Notes under the pieces: model-generated
Told to the model about the DNA's origin: nothing
Databases searched by the model: none
The model's input: only the letters and a program-made list of their open reading frames with translations
In this document: positions 20,905 through 30,249 of the stretch, in pieces
Layout: every line of letters begins with the position of its first letter
Numbering within the stretch: the first letter of the stretch is position 1
Made by a program: the position numbers and the translations under genes
Virus record (IMG/VR): IMGVR_UViG_3300028844_004552
Span: 9,629-73,628 of that record
DNA length: 64,000 nt
Reading direction: 5' to 3' (one strand)
DNA from: a virus

Positions 20905-23034
20905 ATGAGTTATATAATTAACAACACAGACCCGTTCATCAGCATTAAACTTACCCAAGTGGGTAGAGAGCAATTAGCTAAAGGTGCCTTAGACTTTTCG
21001 TTCTGGGCTATTGGTGATTGAGAAATAAATTATGTTAGAGAGGAAATCGTTGACGATAACCCAACTGATATTACACTTTCTGCTGTTACTAGAGTGATGA
21101 GACCATTTGATATGCAACCAGACATCAAATCGTTTATTACTGCTGGTCAGAACGACCCATTACAAGCATTAACAGCAAATAATATTAGAACTGTAAAAGC
21201 TCAAATTAACAATGAAGCAGACGAGAGGGGTTTCTTTAGTGCTGATTCTGGTCACACAAGCTTTACAACACTAACTGCTGATACTTATACACTTTCTTAT
21301 GGTACACTAGTAAATACTAATTTAACTGGTGGTACAAGTCTTGATATTGGCTCTGCGACAACTAGAAATGTTGGTGATTATATTCTTATTAAAGCAACTA
21401 ATGATGTAATCGGTACTCAAACTGGTTATACTAATGATATTGCAATACCAAATCTTTGGTATAAGATTGAAGCTAGTTCTGGTGACCTTATCACAGTTGA
21501 TAGGGATTTACCTAACTTAAGTAACGAAACTGGTAGTACATCAACATTCTTTATTTATAGAGGTGGTGAGGTATATGATACAATTGCAACTGGAAATACA
21601 ACATCTTATTGGAACTCTGGAACACTTTCATTTAACTCATCTTGTGATGTTACATGTGGTGATTCACCAGTATGGAATATGAATAACGTTTGGTGTGAAG
21701 ACTTAGCTGGAATTACAGGTACAACCTATGAAGGTCATGAGTACTTTGGTTCATACCCATACTTAGGTGCTAAGAACCCATACTTCGAATATGAATGTGG
21801 TGGTACCGCATCTACAGCTGATGTTATTTGTGATACTAACGGTCTTGGGGTTCTTGACGATGTAAGCAAATCAGTTTCACTTATACATTACACAAATAAC
21901 TCAGTATCTAACTTGTATGGTGAATATTTCCATATTGATAATGATAACAGCAAAACAGTTAAACTTCATTACCCAACACTTATGTATCACAGAAGAAGTG
22001 GTGCAACAGGTTCTGGTACGACATTAGGTATGACATTCTTAGCTTCTGGTGAAACTAAATTTGTTGGTACATCTGAGGTTACTTATATTGACTTGATAGA
22101 AGACCCAACATTGGTTGATGGTACTCCTAACGTTGTTGGTAGAGTATACCCAAAACTTAAAACCATTTCATTACACGATGACGAGATTGTTGCGGCAACA
22201 TCTTATAAGTCAAATAGAAACTGGACACTTCCAGAACTATCATGTAGTCTTGATTCATTCTCTGGTGGTTCATCCACTGGTGTTCTTGAACCTAATAAGA
22301 CGATGTATGTAACATACAGTCTAGAGAATTCAACAGGTACTGGTCTTACAACTACACTTCCATGTCAGAAATATATCAAAGTTACGAATACAACATCAAC
22401 AAATAAAGATGTTTCATTCAAGATTGATAATGTTGATATGCTTACTTACATGAGAAAGATTGAAGATGGTGGTTATGATGGTATTGGATTCAATGCTTAT
22501 TCTATTAAGGTTCTATTCCAAATCGTTGATGAAATCGAGGATAGACCAGATGCAGCACTTTGGAATGTATATGATTATACAAACACAACATTAACAACAG
22601 TGAGTGGTGAAACTATTTCCCCAGTAGCGTTAGAGAACCAATCTCCAGCGGCAAATGGATTTAGAATAACAACTCTTACTCAAACGGCATCAACAATATT
22701 TGATATTACACAGTCGTTAGATATGGCACCTAAAACTACACCAACTGATTTACAATTCGGTGATAGTAGATTCTTCTATGGAAATATAGAAACATATATT
22801 GGTGCTACAATATATAAAACATTCTTCCCAGTAACAATAAACTCTGGGCAATTTGATACAACTAGTAATAACACTAGAAGCAAGGACACATCAACAAATC
22901 CACCAGATATTAGAATATCAGAAGTAGGTATTTATGATAGTGCTAAAAATCTAGTTATTATTGGAAAACTAAGTAAACCAACAACATTATTAGTGGGTAA
23001 TACCATTATGATGGAGTTATCAATGGACTTTTAA
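20905..23034 (+). pseudogene. Tail-collar/fibre-base protein interrupted by an in-frame TGA at 21019-21021
   Basis: ATG 20905 after gatatttata reads MSYIINNTDPFISIKLTQVGREQLAKGALDFSFWAIGD*EINY in frame with the 21094 ORF; paralog 23037 has KLTPLGR...FTLGDSDANY; C-terminus IRISEVGIYD...LVIIGKL. Confidence 0.8.
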
Positions 23035-23036
23035 TT

Positions 23037-24245
23037 ATGGCATTTATAACAACAGCTGATACAGCTACACTTACAGCAAAACTGACACCATTAGGTAGGA
23101 GGTTATTGGTAACTAACACAAATTCGTTAATTGCTAAATTTACATTAGGGGATTCTGATGCAAATTATAATGTTACAGATTCACTTACAACTGGTGAGGT
23201 ACCATCAATAGGTGGTGATATCGGTGTTGGTAATACTGTGAATAATAGTAGTGGTAATGACATTAGTGTTAAATACCCACTATTTTTAAGTTCAAGAGGT
23301 GGTAACGCTAAAGCTGTTGAGGCAGCTTCAATTGGTGTAACTAACGTAGTATCAAAAATTGGACAAGAACTTAATCTTTCTGGGTCTTCATATATCACAG
23401 AAAATATAGTTGATAGAAATGATTACGCTACTGATACACTTGTAAACCTTTTTACTTCTTTTGGATTACCATTAACAGAAAAACAAAAGTCTACATACAC
23501 AGCAACTACATTCGCATCTGGTGGGTGGAGTGATACTGCAATTAGTGGTTTTGCTAGTGATAAAATTGTTATCATTGGTGTAGATAGTTCTAAGTATGGT
23601 GAAACACTTGATGGACGTGAAATTAAGATTTCAATCCCAACATCTGCTGGTACATTTACTGTTTATAGTACATTCCAAAACAAAGGAGTTAGTTCAACTA
23701 AAGAGGATGCTACATACAAAGATACATCAAATACAACAACTCACTTAGGAAATTCTTTAGGGTTCCTTGTAAGTGACGATATACTTACACCAAATGGTGG
23801 TGACGTATCTAAGAGTTGGGCAACAGGTTTCGGTGTGGTTAAACCATTTTCAGTAGGTAAAAAAGAACTATTTAACCTTCAATCTAATAGTAACTTAAAT
23901 CTTACTGCCGATACAGTGGTTGGTATCTCTTACTTAAGCAAAGGATTCATGGTAATAACAGACCCTACAATAGTAGCCGCATTTACTACTGGATACTCTG
24001 GTGGTCCAGTTGTTACATTCAATAGCGTATCAACAGATGTAGTACAAAACATCACATGTATTGCTGGTAGAGGTGAATTCGGAACATCAAACAACCCAAC
24101 ATGGGCTACTGGTGATACGGTTAGAATTACAGAATTAGGTCTTTACGATATAAATAATAATCTTATAGCATACGGTAAATTTGATAGACAAATATTGAAG
24201 ACAGTTGATGGATTCTCATCTTTTGGTGTTAAAATTACACTTTAA
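23037..24245 (+). CDS. Tail-collar/fibre-base protein (paralog of upstream gene)
   Basis: N-term AKLTPLGRRLL...GDSDANY and C-term VRITELGLYDINNNLIAYGK (DUF3751-like). Confidence 0.7.
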   Translation: MAFITTADTATLTAKLTPLGRRLLVTNTNSLIAKFTLGDSDANYNVTDSLTTGEVPSIGGDIGVGNTVNNSSGNDISVKYPLFLSSRGGNAKAVEAASIGVTNVVSKIGQELNLSGSSYITENIVDRNDYATDTLVNLFTSFGLPLTEKQKSTYTATTFASGGWSDTAISGFASDKIVIIGVDSSKYGETLDGREIKISIPTSAGTFTVYSTFQNKGVSSTKEDATYKDTSNTTTHLGNSLGFLVSDDILTPNGGDVSKSWATGFGVVKPFSVGKKELFNLQSNSNLNLTADTVVGISYLSKGFMVITDPTIVAAFTTGYSGGPVVTFNSVSTDVVQNITCIAGRGEFGTSNNPTWATGDTVRITELGLYDINNNLIAYGKFDRQILKTVDGFSSFGVKITL

Positions 24246-24291
24246 GGGTTTAGTTTTGTCTAATAGTGTTTATATTAAATAAAAAAGTTTT

Positions 24292-24918
24292 ATGATACTA
24301 GGATTAGACATTTCAACCAAAACAATTGGTGTGGCATTATTTGAGGATAATGACGGTAAGGGTGACCTTAAAGTATTAACTCATGTTACACCTAAAGTTA
24401 AACCAAAACCAGAAACTAAGATTGAAGAATTATGTGAAAAAGCAAATATCTTTGAAGAAGAGTTTTTGAATAAGTATGCTGATGTTGGTATCACAAGAGT
24501 AATCATTGAGGAACCACTTCTACGCTCCAACAATGTAAATACAGTTGCAACACTTCTACGATTTAATGGTATGGTTTCTAGGTCAGTTTACAATATCCTT
24601 GGTATTATACCAGAGTATATATCATCATATGATTCTAGAGCATTTGCATATCCAGAATTAATGGAAATCAGAACTAAAAACAAGAAAGGTGAAGCGTACA
24701 GTGAAACTGAAATGAAGAGAAAAAAACCAGTCTTGTTCGGTGGATATAGTTTCGATGTTGACAAGAAGATGGTTGTATGGGAAAAGGTTGCAGACCTTGA
24801 ACCACAAATCACATGGCTTTACACATCAAAAGCAACTCTTAAGAAGGAAAATTTTGATATGACTGATGCATATTCTTGTGTTAAGGCAGTCATGAAAAGG
24901 GATGGTCTTTGGTTATGA
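24292..24918 (+). CDS. RuvC-like Holliday junction resolvase (RNase H fold)
   Basis: MILGLDISTKTIGVA, VIIEEP, DMTDAY acidic catalytic motifs. Confidence 0.85.
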   Translation: MILGLDISTKTIGVALFEDNDGKGDLKVLTHVTPKVKPKPETKIEELCEKANIFEEEFLNKYADVGITRVIIEEPLLRSNNVNTVATLLRFNGMVSRSVYNILGIIPEYISSYDSRAFAYPELMEIRTKNKKGEAYSETEMKRKKPVLFGGYSFDVDKKMVVWEKVADLEPQITWLYTSKATLKKENFDMTDAYSCVKAVMKRDGLWL

Positions 24919-25394
24919 GTTATTATAGTTATGGTACCACAACTGGTGGTACTAGTAGTAATTTAGGTGGTTATAGTAAAATATGTGGTGGGACACATGA
25001 ATGGTTACCTTGTGAAATATGTGGTGCATCAATAAAAATTCTTCATTCTCCTTCAACCTATACTCACATTTGTAAGGATTTAACCAAAGAACTTTACGAA
25101 AAACAACAATTACATTATACTAAAGTTATGATGTATGATAAAGAAAGAGCAGAACGATTTGTGGGTCAAGATATTTGTTATCCATATTGGGTACATAAAA
25201 ACCCAAATAGTGGTCGTAGTTATAAACAAATTGATTATGAGTGGGTTAGTAACTTAAGTTATGATGAGTGGGTTAGATGGGGTAAGGGTGAGATACGTGA
25301 TAGTGTTGAACAAGCTAACCACATTAAACAGTTAGAATACAGAGTTAAGAATGGTAAAGATGCCCAAGAAGAGTTAGATAAACTCAAAAAATAA
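24915..25394 (+). CDS. Hypothetical protein
   Basis: ATGA overlap with RuvC-like stop; CxxC/His-Cys cluster. Confidence 0.6.
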   Translation: MSYYSYGTTTGGTSSNLGGYSKICGGTHEWLPCEICGASIKILHSPSTYTHICKDLTKELYEKQQLHYTKVMMYDKERAERFVGQDICYPYWVHKNPNSGRSYKQIDYEWVSNLSYDEWVRWGKGEIRDSVEQANHIKQLEYRVKNGKDAQEELDKLKK

Positions 25395-25437
25395 CAACTT
25401 AGTTGTGAAATCCAATTAAATTTCGTATATTTGTGGT

Positions 25438-26379
25438 ATGTCAATGTTCTTAATAGACATACTGGAAGGATTCTTAGGTAAGTCCGCAAAACATAATGAA
25501 TCAAAGGGTCAATTAGCCTTTGACTGTCCAGCCTGTGGTATAGAGGGAGATGGGATAGGTAAACACAATCTTGAAGTCAATTACAAACGAGGTATCTTTA
25601 GATGTTGGTCTTGTATGTACAAGAATCACATGCATGGACACGTACCAAAACTAATTAAACGATTTGGGAATGAAGCATTACTTAGGGAATATCTTGTTCT
25701 AAAACCAGATACCTATGAAAATACTGGTGCTGGGGAATATGAAGATGTAAAGATGCCCAAGGGGTATAAAAAATTACATGGATGTCCCAAGAATAGTCCA
25801 AAATACCAAGCTGTAATGAAATACTTGACCGATAGACGAATTGGTCCCGATATTATTGAAAAGTATAATATTGGATATACATTAACTGGTGAATTTAAAG
25901 ATAGAATTATCATTCCATCTTATGATGTGTTCGGTGAACTCAACTATTTTATAGCTAGAGCTTTTTCACGAAGAACAAAACCAAAGTATCTTAATCCAGA
26001 GGCTGAAAAACAAGAAATTATCTTCAATGAAGACAAAGTTAACTGGGATGGGACGATATATCTTGTAGAGGGAGTATTTGACCACATAGTAATCCCAAAC
26101 TCAATACCACTTCTAGGTAAATTTATCTCACCAAAGCTATTTAACCTTCTTTATACCAAAGCTTCGGCTAATATTGTGATATTATTGGATGATGATGCAT
26201 ACGATGATGCAATTGAGTTATACAAGACGTTAAATATGGGTGACTTACTTGATAGAATTAGAATTTGTGTCCCATTAGCTGGTTATGACCCATCACTCAT
26301 TTATCAAAAGTGGGGTAATCATGGTATTATTGAATTATTGAAGATTTCTAATAAGATTCCAGAAAGTAGGTTATATTAA
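25438..26379 (+). CDS. DNA primase (Zn-binding domain + TOPRIM)
   Basis: CPAC...CWSC zinc finger, RIIIP, YFIARA, KYLNP, YLVEGVFD, LDDD motifs. Confidence 0.9.
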   Translation: MSMFLIDILEGFLGKSAKHNESKGQLAFDCPACGIEGDGIGKHNLEVNYKRGIFRCWSCMYKNHMHGHVPKLIKRFGNEALLREYLVLKPDTYENTGAGEYEDVKMPKGYKKLHGCPKNSPKYQAVMKYLTDRRIGPDIIEKYNIGYTLTGEFKDRIIIPSYDVFGELNYFIARAFSRRTKPKYLNPEAEKQEIIFNEDKVNWDGTIYLVEGVFDHIVIPNSIPLLGKFISPKLFNLLYTKASANIVILLDDDAYDDAIELYKTLNMGDLLDRIRICVPLAGYDPSLIYQKWGNHGIIELLKISNKIPESRLY

Positions 26380-27441
26380 TTACTCAAATGAGTCTCTAGA
26401 GATTCTAAGTGTCCTAAGAACATGACCACTTTCCATTTCTTTAGTTGCAACCTCTTGACCACCCATTTTAACCCAGAAAGGACAAGCAGTATCGAAACAT
26501 TGAAGTACAATATTCTGTATTTTAGGTAATTTTTGGAAAATAAACTTAAGTCCCTCAGAACCATAACCTTTTCCTTGTTCAGAAGCGTTATACCCACCCT
26601 TAAGATAAAGTGCGTTAGGTATTGTCTCACCATTGATAGTCAAATCACCAATCCCACCAACACCAAAGTCAACTATTGGGTTTTCACCCATATAAATTGT
26701 ATTAGCACCAGATTTATTGAATCTACCATCAGTATTGAATTTTAATTCTTCTTCTGATTCATTCATATTAAGAGTTTCATTACTAACTTGACTTGTGTTA
26801 GATTTTCGGATAAGATTATTAATAATTCTTTTCATTAATTTATAAACCTTATCAGTTTCGTCTGGTCCAAATTTATGTGTAGTTTTATCTCTATCTCTAC
26901 CATTTGGTGTATAATCATGCTTATTAACACTCCAACCCTTAAATCCTGTTCTATCAAAAATTTCACTATATTCTATCATATAACTTGGTAATATAAAACT
27001 ATGTTCCCCATATACCAACTCTTCGTTTTCGTTAATTTTAAACCTTAACGATGGAAGAGATGTTTTATAAAAATTAACCAAATCTGGATACTCATCAACT
27101 AAAGACATTAGTAAAGAAATATCTACAGAATCAATACTTTCTGGTTCATCTGATTCATTCATATTAACATGTGGATGCATATCATCATATAAGGCAGCTA
27201 GTTTATTTGGGATAAATCTTTTTATAGCATCAATAATACCATAACTATCACCTTCATATTCAGCATATCTAGACATGTATTTATCTTCAATTCTATTAAG
27301 TGCGATTTGGTATTCACGAGGACTCATTTCTTGGTGTGCTAATCCATCAAGTTCCATACCAAGAGGGTCTTCAGTTGATGCCATTCCACCATTCCCACGT
27401 CCCCAATGTTCATGTAACATTTTTTTGATAAATTTCTTCAT
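26380..27441 (-). CDS. Multi-module protein with basic N-terminal leader and C-terminal GNAT-like domain
   Basis: MKKFIKKMLHE leader, modules separated by NMNES linkers, QGKGYGS acetyl-CoA-binding-like motif; gtatttata motif upstream on minus strand. Confidence 0.7.
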   Translation of the reverse strand: MKKFIKKMLHEHWGRGNGGMASTEDPLGMELDGLAHQEMSPREYQIALNRIEDKYMSRYAEYEGDSYGIIDAIKRFIPNKLAALYDDMHPHVNMNESDEPESIDSVDISLLMSLVDEYPDLVNFYKTSLPSLRFKINENEELVYGEHSFILPSYMIEYSEIFDRTGFKGWSVNKHDYTPNGRDRDKTTHKFGPDETDKVYKLMKRIINNLIRKSNTSQVSNETLNMNESEEELKFNTDGRFNKSGANTIYMGENPIVDFGVGGIGDLTINGETIPNALYLKGGYNASEQGKGYGSEGLKFIFQKLPKIQNIVLQCFDTACPFWVKMGGQEVATKEMESGHVLRTLRISRDSFE

Positions 27442-27499
27442 ATGAATCTTTTATTATAAATACTTGAATTTCTAGATAAATTAACGTATATTCGTACGA

Positions 27500-28444
27500 A
27501 TGAGTATTAACAAAGAAAAATTATTAAAAATTGCTGAGGACATAAGAGATGTGGTTGACAAGAAACAAAAGGAATTAGAACTTTCTTTCGTTGAAGACAC
27601 TCACACCTATTACATCAAAAACAAAGAAGGTAAGATTGTTAGTAACCTACCTAGTGTGTCCACAGTAATCACACAATTCTATGAACCGTTTGATGACCTA
27701 TCTAAATCTTTAGATATGTGTGATGGTCATATTGGCTTGCAAGATACATTATTAACTAAATGGAGAGCAACTGCAACCTATGCAAATAGTACTGGTTCTA
27801 GAGTCCATTTTCTATTAGAAACAGACTTACTTAAGATGTATAAGTCTGATAAGGAAGTAAGAAAACCAATCTTTGAATGTGACGAAGAACAAATAGAGAT
27901 TGGTAATAGAATGATTGATGCTGGTCATAAGTTTCTAAACACAATGCACAGACGTGGTGCGGTACTATTAGATACTGAGATGGTTCTAGGTAGCATTGAC
28001 TTAGGATATACTGGACAACCAGATAAGGTCTGGCTTATGGAGAATGAAAAAGGAGAATTAGGTTTCGTGATAACCGATTGGAAAACCAACAAACCAAAGA
28101 ATTTCTTAATTCAACCTTATACAGAACAAATGTTACCACCATTTGAAAACCACCCAGACACAGCACTAAGTCACTACAAGATTCAACTACCAATGTACGG
28201 TAAACTTATTCTCGATATGCTTAAGGGGTCAAAATATGAGAACATTAAATTCTTCGGGTGTGTAATTGTACACTTATTAAGAGAGGGTGAAATGGTTGAA
28301 TACAGAGTTGAGAATTCATTCATCAATACGATATTAGATATGGACCCACTACCTAGAATTGATGAGGTACTTACATATAAAAAGAATCATGCTCTTAGGG
28401 AAGAGAAGAGACTAAAAGAAGTTAAAGCATTTATAAATGAGTAA
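27500..28444 (+). CDS. PD-(D/E)XK exonuclease
   Basis: F.EDTHTY, PSVST, GSRVH, E...GYTGQPD...ITDWKTN, Y..QL..Y motifs. Confidence 0.85.
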   Translation: MSINKEKLLKIAEDIRDVVDKKQKELELSFVEDTHTYYIKNKEGKIVSNLPSVSTVITQFYEPFDDLSKSLDMCDGHIGLQDTLLTKWRATATYANSTGSRVHFLLETDLLKMYKSDKEVRKPIFECDEEQIEIGNRMIDAGHKFLNTMHRRGAVLLDTEMVLGSIDLGYTGQPDKVWLMENEKGELGFVITDWKTNKPKNFLIQPYTEQMLPPFENHPDTALSHYKIQLPMYGKLILDMLKGSKYENIKFFGCVIVHLLREGEMVEYRVENSFINTILDMDPLPRIDEVLTYKKNHALREEKRLKEVKAFINE

Positions 28445-28679
28445 AAAAATAATAAAAGACCAATTTATTGGTGATAAATACAGTTTAACCAAAGTTGGTG
28501 AAATAACCAAACAGATGGTTGGTAATATTAGAGTTGACATAATTTATAAGGATAAGTATGACAATGCATGGATTGAATCAACTCTAGTTGGGCATAATCT
28601 TATGAGTGAAAATAAAACTTTACCTATGGTATTTCTAGGTAAAGATATAATAGATAAAATTATTGAGATTTATGGTTAA
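28437..28679 (+). CDS. Hypothetical protein
   Basis: 80-aa ORF overlapping both neighbours. Confidence 0.6.
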   Translation: MSKKIIKDQFIGDKYSLTKVGEITKQMVGNIRVDIIYKDKYDNAWIESTLVGHNLMSENKTLPMVFLGKDIIDKIIEIYG

Positions 28680-29487
28680 AAAGGTAATACATATTGCCGA
28701 CATACATATCAGAACATTTAGAATGCATGATGTTTATGGTGAGGTATTTAAACAATTCCTAAAGGAGATTAGAGTACTTGTAAAGGACTTTGAACGAGAA
28801 GAGGTAAGAATTGTTATTGTAGGTGATTTAGTTCATCAGAAGATAACTATATCAAATGAGTTACTAACACTAGGTACTTGGTTCTTACAGAAATTAGAGA
28901 AGATTGCACCATTAAGGATTGTAGCTGGTAATCATGATTTCATAGAGAACAATAAAGATAGGCTTGATAGTATCACACCCATGGTTAGTCTATTGGGTGA
29001 TTTAGACATTCAATATTATAAGGGTGATAGTGCTTGCTATGAGGACGATAATATTGTTTGGTGTAACTATTCAATATTTGATGAAGAAGCTAGACCAGAT
29101 ATTGAAAAGGCTAGAATTGACTTCGGTCCAGATAAGTCTTATATTGGTCTTTATCATGCACCAGTTGTTGGGGCATCTACAGATATTGGTTATGAATTTG
29201 ACCATGGTACAACACTTGAACACTTTGAGGGTTGTGATATAGTTATGTTAGGTGATATCCATAAGAGACAATCGTGGGTACATAAAGACATCCCAATTGC
29301 ATATCCATCATCACTTATACAACAGAATTTTGGTGAAACAGTATCAAAGCATGGTTACCTATGGTGGGATATAGCAGATAAAACATTTGAAGAATTTGAT
29401 ATCCCAACAAACTATGGGTTCTATCAATTTAAAATAAAGTCATTAGATGACTTAGAAAATAACGAAGAAAAGTTAACAAATTTATAA
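28672..29487 (+). CDS. sbcD: Mre11/SbcD/gp47-like metallophosphoesterase nuclease
   Basis: HIADIH, VGDLVH, AGNHD, LYH, LGDIHK, YPSSLIQQNFGE motifs. Confidence 0.9.
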   Translation: MVKKVIHIADIHIRTFRMHDVYGEVFKQFLKEIRVLVKDFEREEVRIVIVGDLVHQKITISNELLTLGTWFLQKLEKIAPLRIVAGNHDFIENNKDRLDSITPMVSLLGDLDIQYYKGDSACYEDDNIVWCNYSIFDEEARPDIEKARIDFGPDKSYIGLYHAPVVGASTDIGYEFDHGTTLEHFEGCDIVMLGDIHKRQSWVHKDIPIAYPSSLIQQNFGETVSKHGYLWWDIADKTFEEFDIPTNYGFYQFKIKSLDDLENNEEKLTNL

Positions 29488-29489
29488 TT

Positions 29490-29747
29490 ATGATGACACT
29501 TGAAGAATTAAAGGAATTTTTAAATAACCTACCAGAAGATTTTAACGGATATGGTGTGGTAAATGGAGAAGTTGGAACACTAAAAGATAGTGGTGAAGAT
29601 GGAGAACCAGATTATATGTACCGTTGCGATAAACCAATAATCACACTTTTCGTTGATGAGGAAAATAAAGAAATCTGCTTCCTTCACCAAACACAAGAAG
29701 AGGTTGATACTATTTACGGAAACGACGATGCTAAGGAAGTGAAGTAA
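29490..29747 (+). CDS. Hypothetical acidic protein
   Basis: 85-aa ORF between sbcD and sbcC. Confidence 0.65.
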   Translation: MMTLEELKEFLNNLPEDFNGYGVVNGEVGTLKDSGEDGEPDYMYRCDKPIITLFVDEENKEICFLHQTQEEVDTIYGNDDAKEVK

Positions 29748-30244
29748 TGGATATCCCACAAAAAATTCTCGATGAAATCTGGGAATACTGTCGTATTAAT
29801 AAGATAACAGATGTTGATGGTTTCATTCTAAAAATGCTAAAACAAGGGTTCACTGTTGAAAAGTTTGGTGCTACCCCAACTGAGCGTATCGTAGAAAAAG
29901 AAGTTGAGAAGATAGTCGAAGTCATAGTAGAAAAAGAAGTTGAGAAGATAGTCGAAGTTATCAAAGAAGTTGAAGTAATCAAAGAGGTTCAAATAACTGA
30001 TGATAGTGAAATACAGATATTAGTTGATAAGACTAATAAATTGAACGACGAAATGACAGAACTGAAAAGGAATGCTGTACTTTGTACCAAGAGTGTGGAA
30101 TCAAAGGATAAAGAAATAGAAAATCTTAAGGGTAAAATAAAGGTGGTTGAAACTGAATTAAAGGCTGAGAGATTAAAAACTAAGGATAACTCTAAGAGAG
30201 ATATATACGGAGAAAATAGGAAGGGTTTCGACGGTTCAATTTAA
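29747..30244 (+). CDS. Coiled-coil protein with VEKEVEKIVEVI repeats
   Basis: 165-aa coupled ORF. Confidence 0.7.
   Translation: MDIPQKILDEIWEYCRINKITDVDGFILKMLKQGFTVEKFGATPTERIVEKEVEKIVEVIVEKEVEKIVEVIKEVEVIKEVQITDDSEIQILVDKTNKLNDEMTELKRNAVLCTKSVESKDKEIENLKGKIKVVETELKAERLKTKDNSKRDIYGENRKGFDGSI
29891..29962 (+). repeat. 36-bp tandem duplication (2 copies)
   Basis: gtagaaaaagaagttgagaagatagtcgaagt repeated at 29891 and 29927. Confidence 0.9.
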
Positions 30245-30249
30245 ATTAT

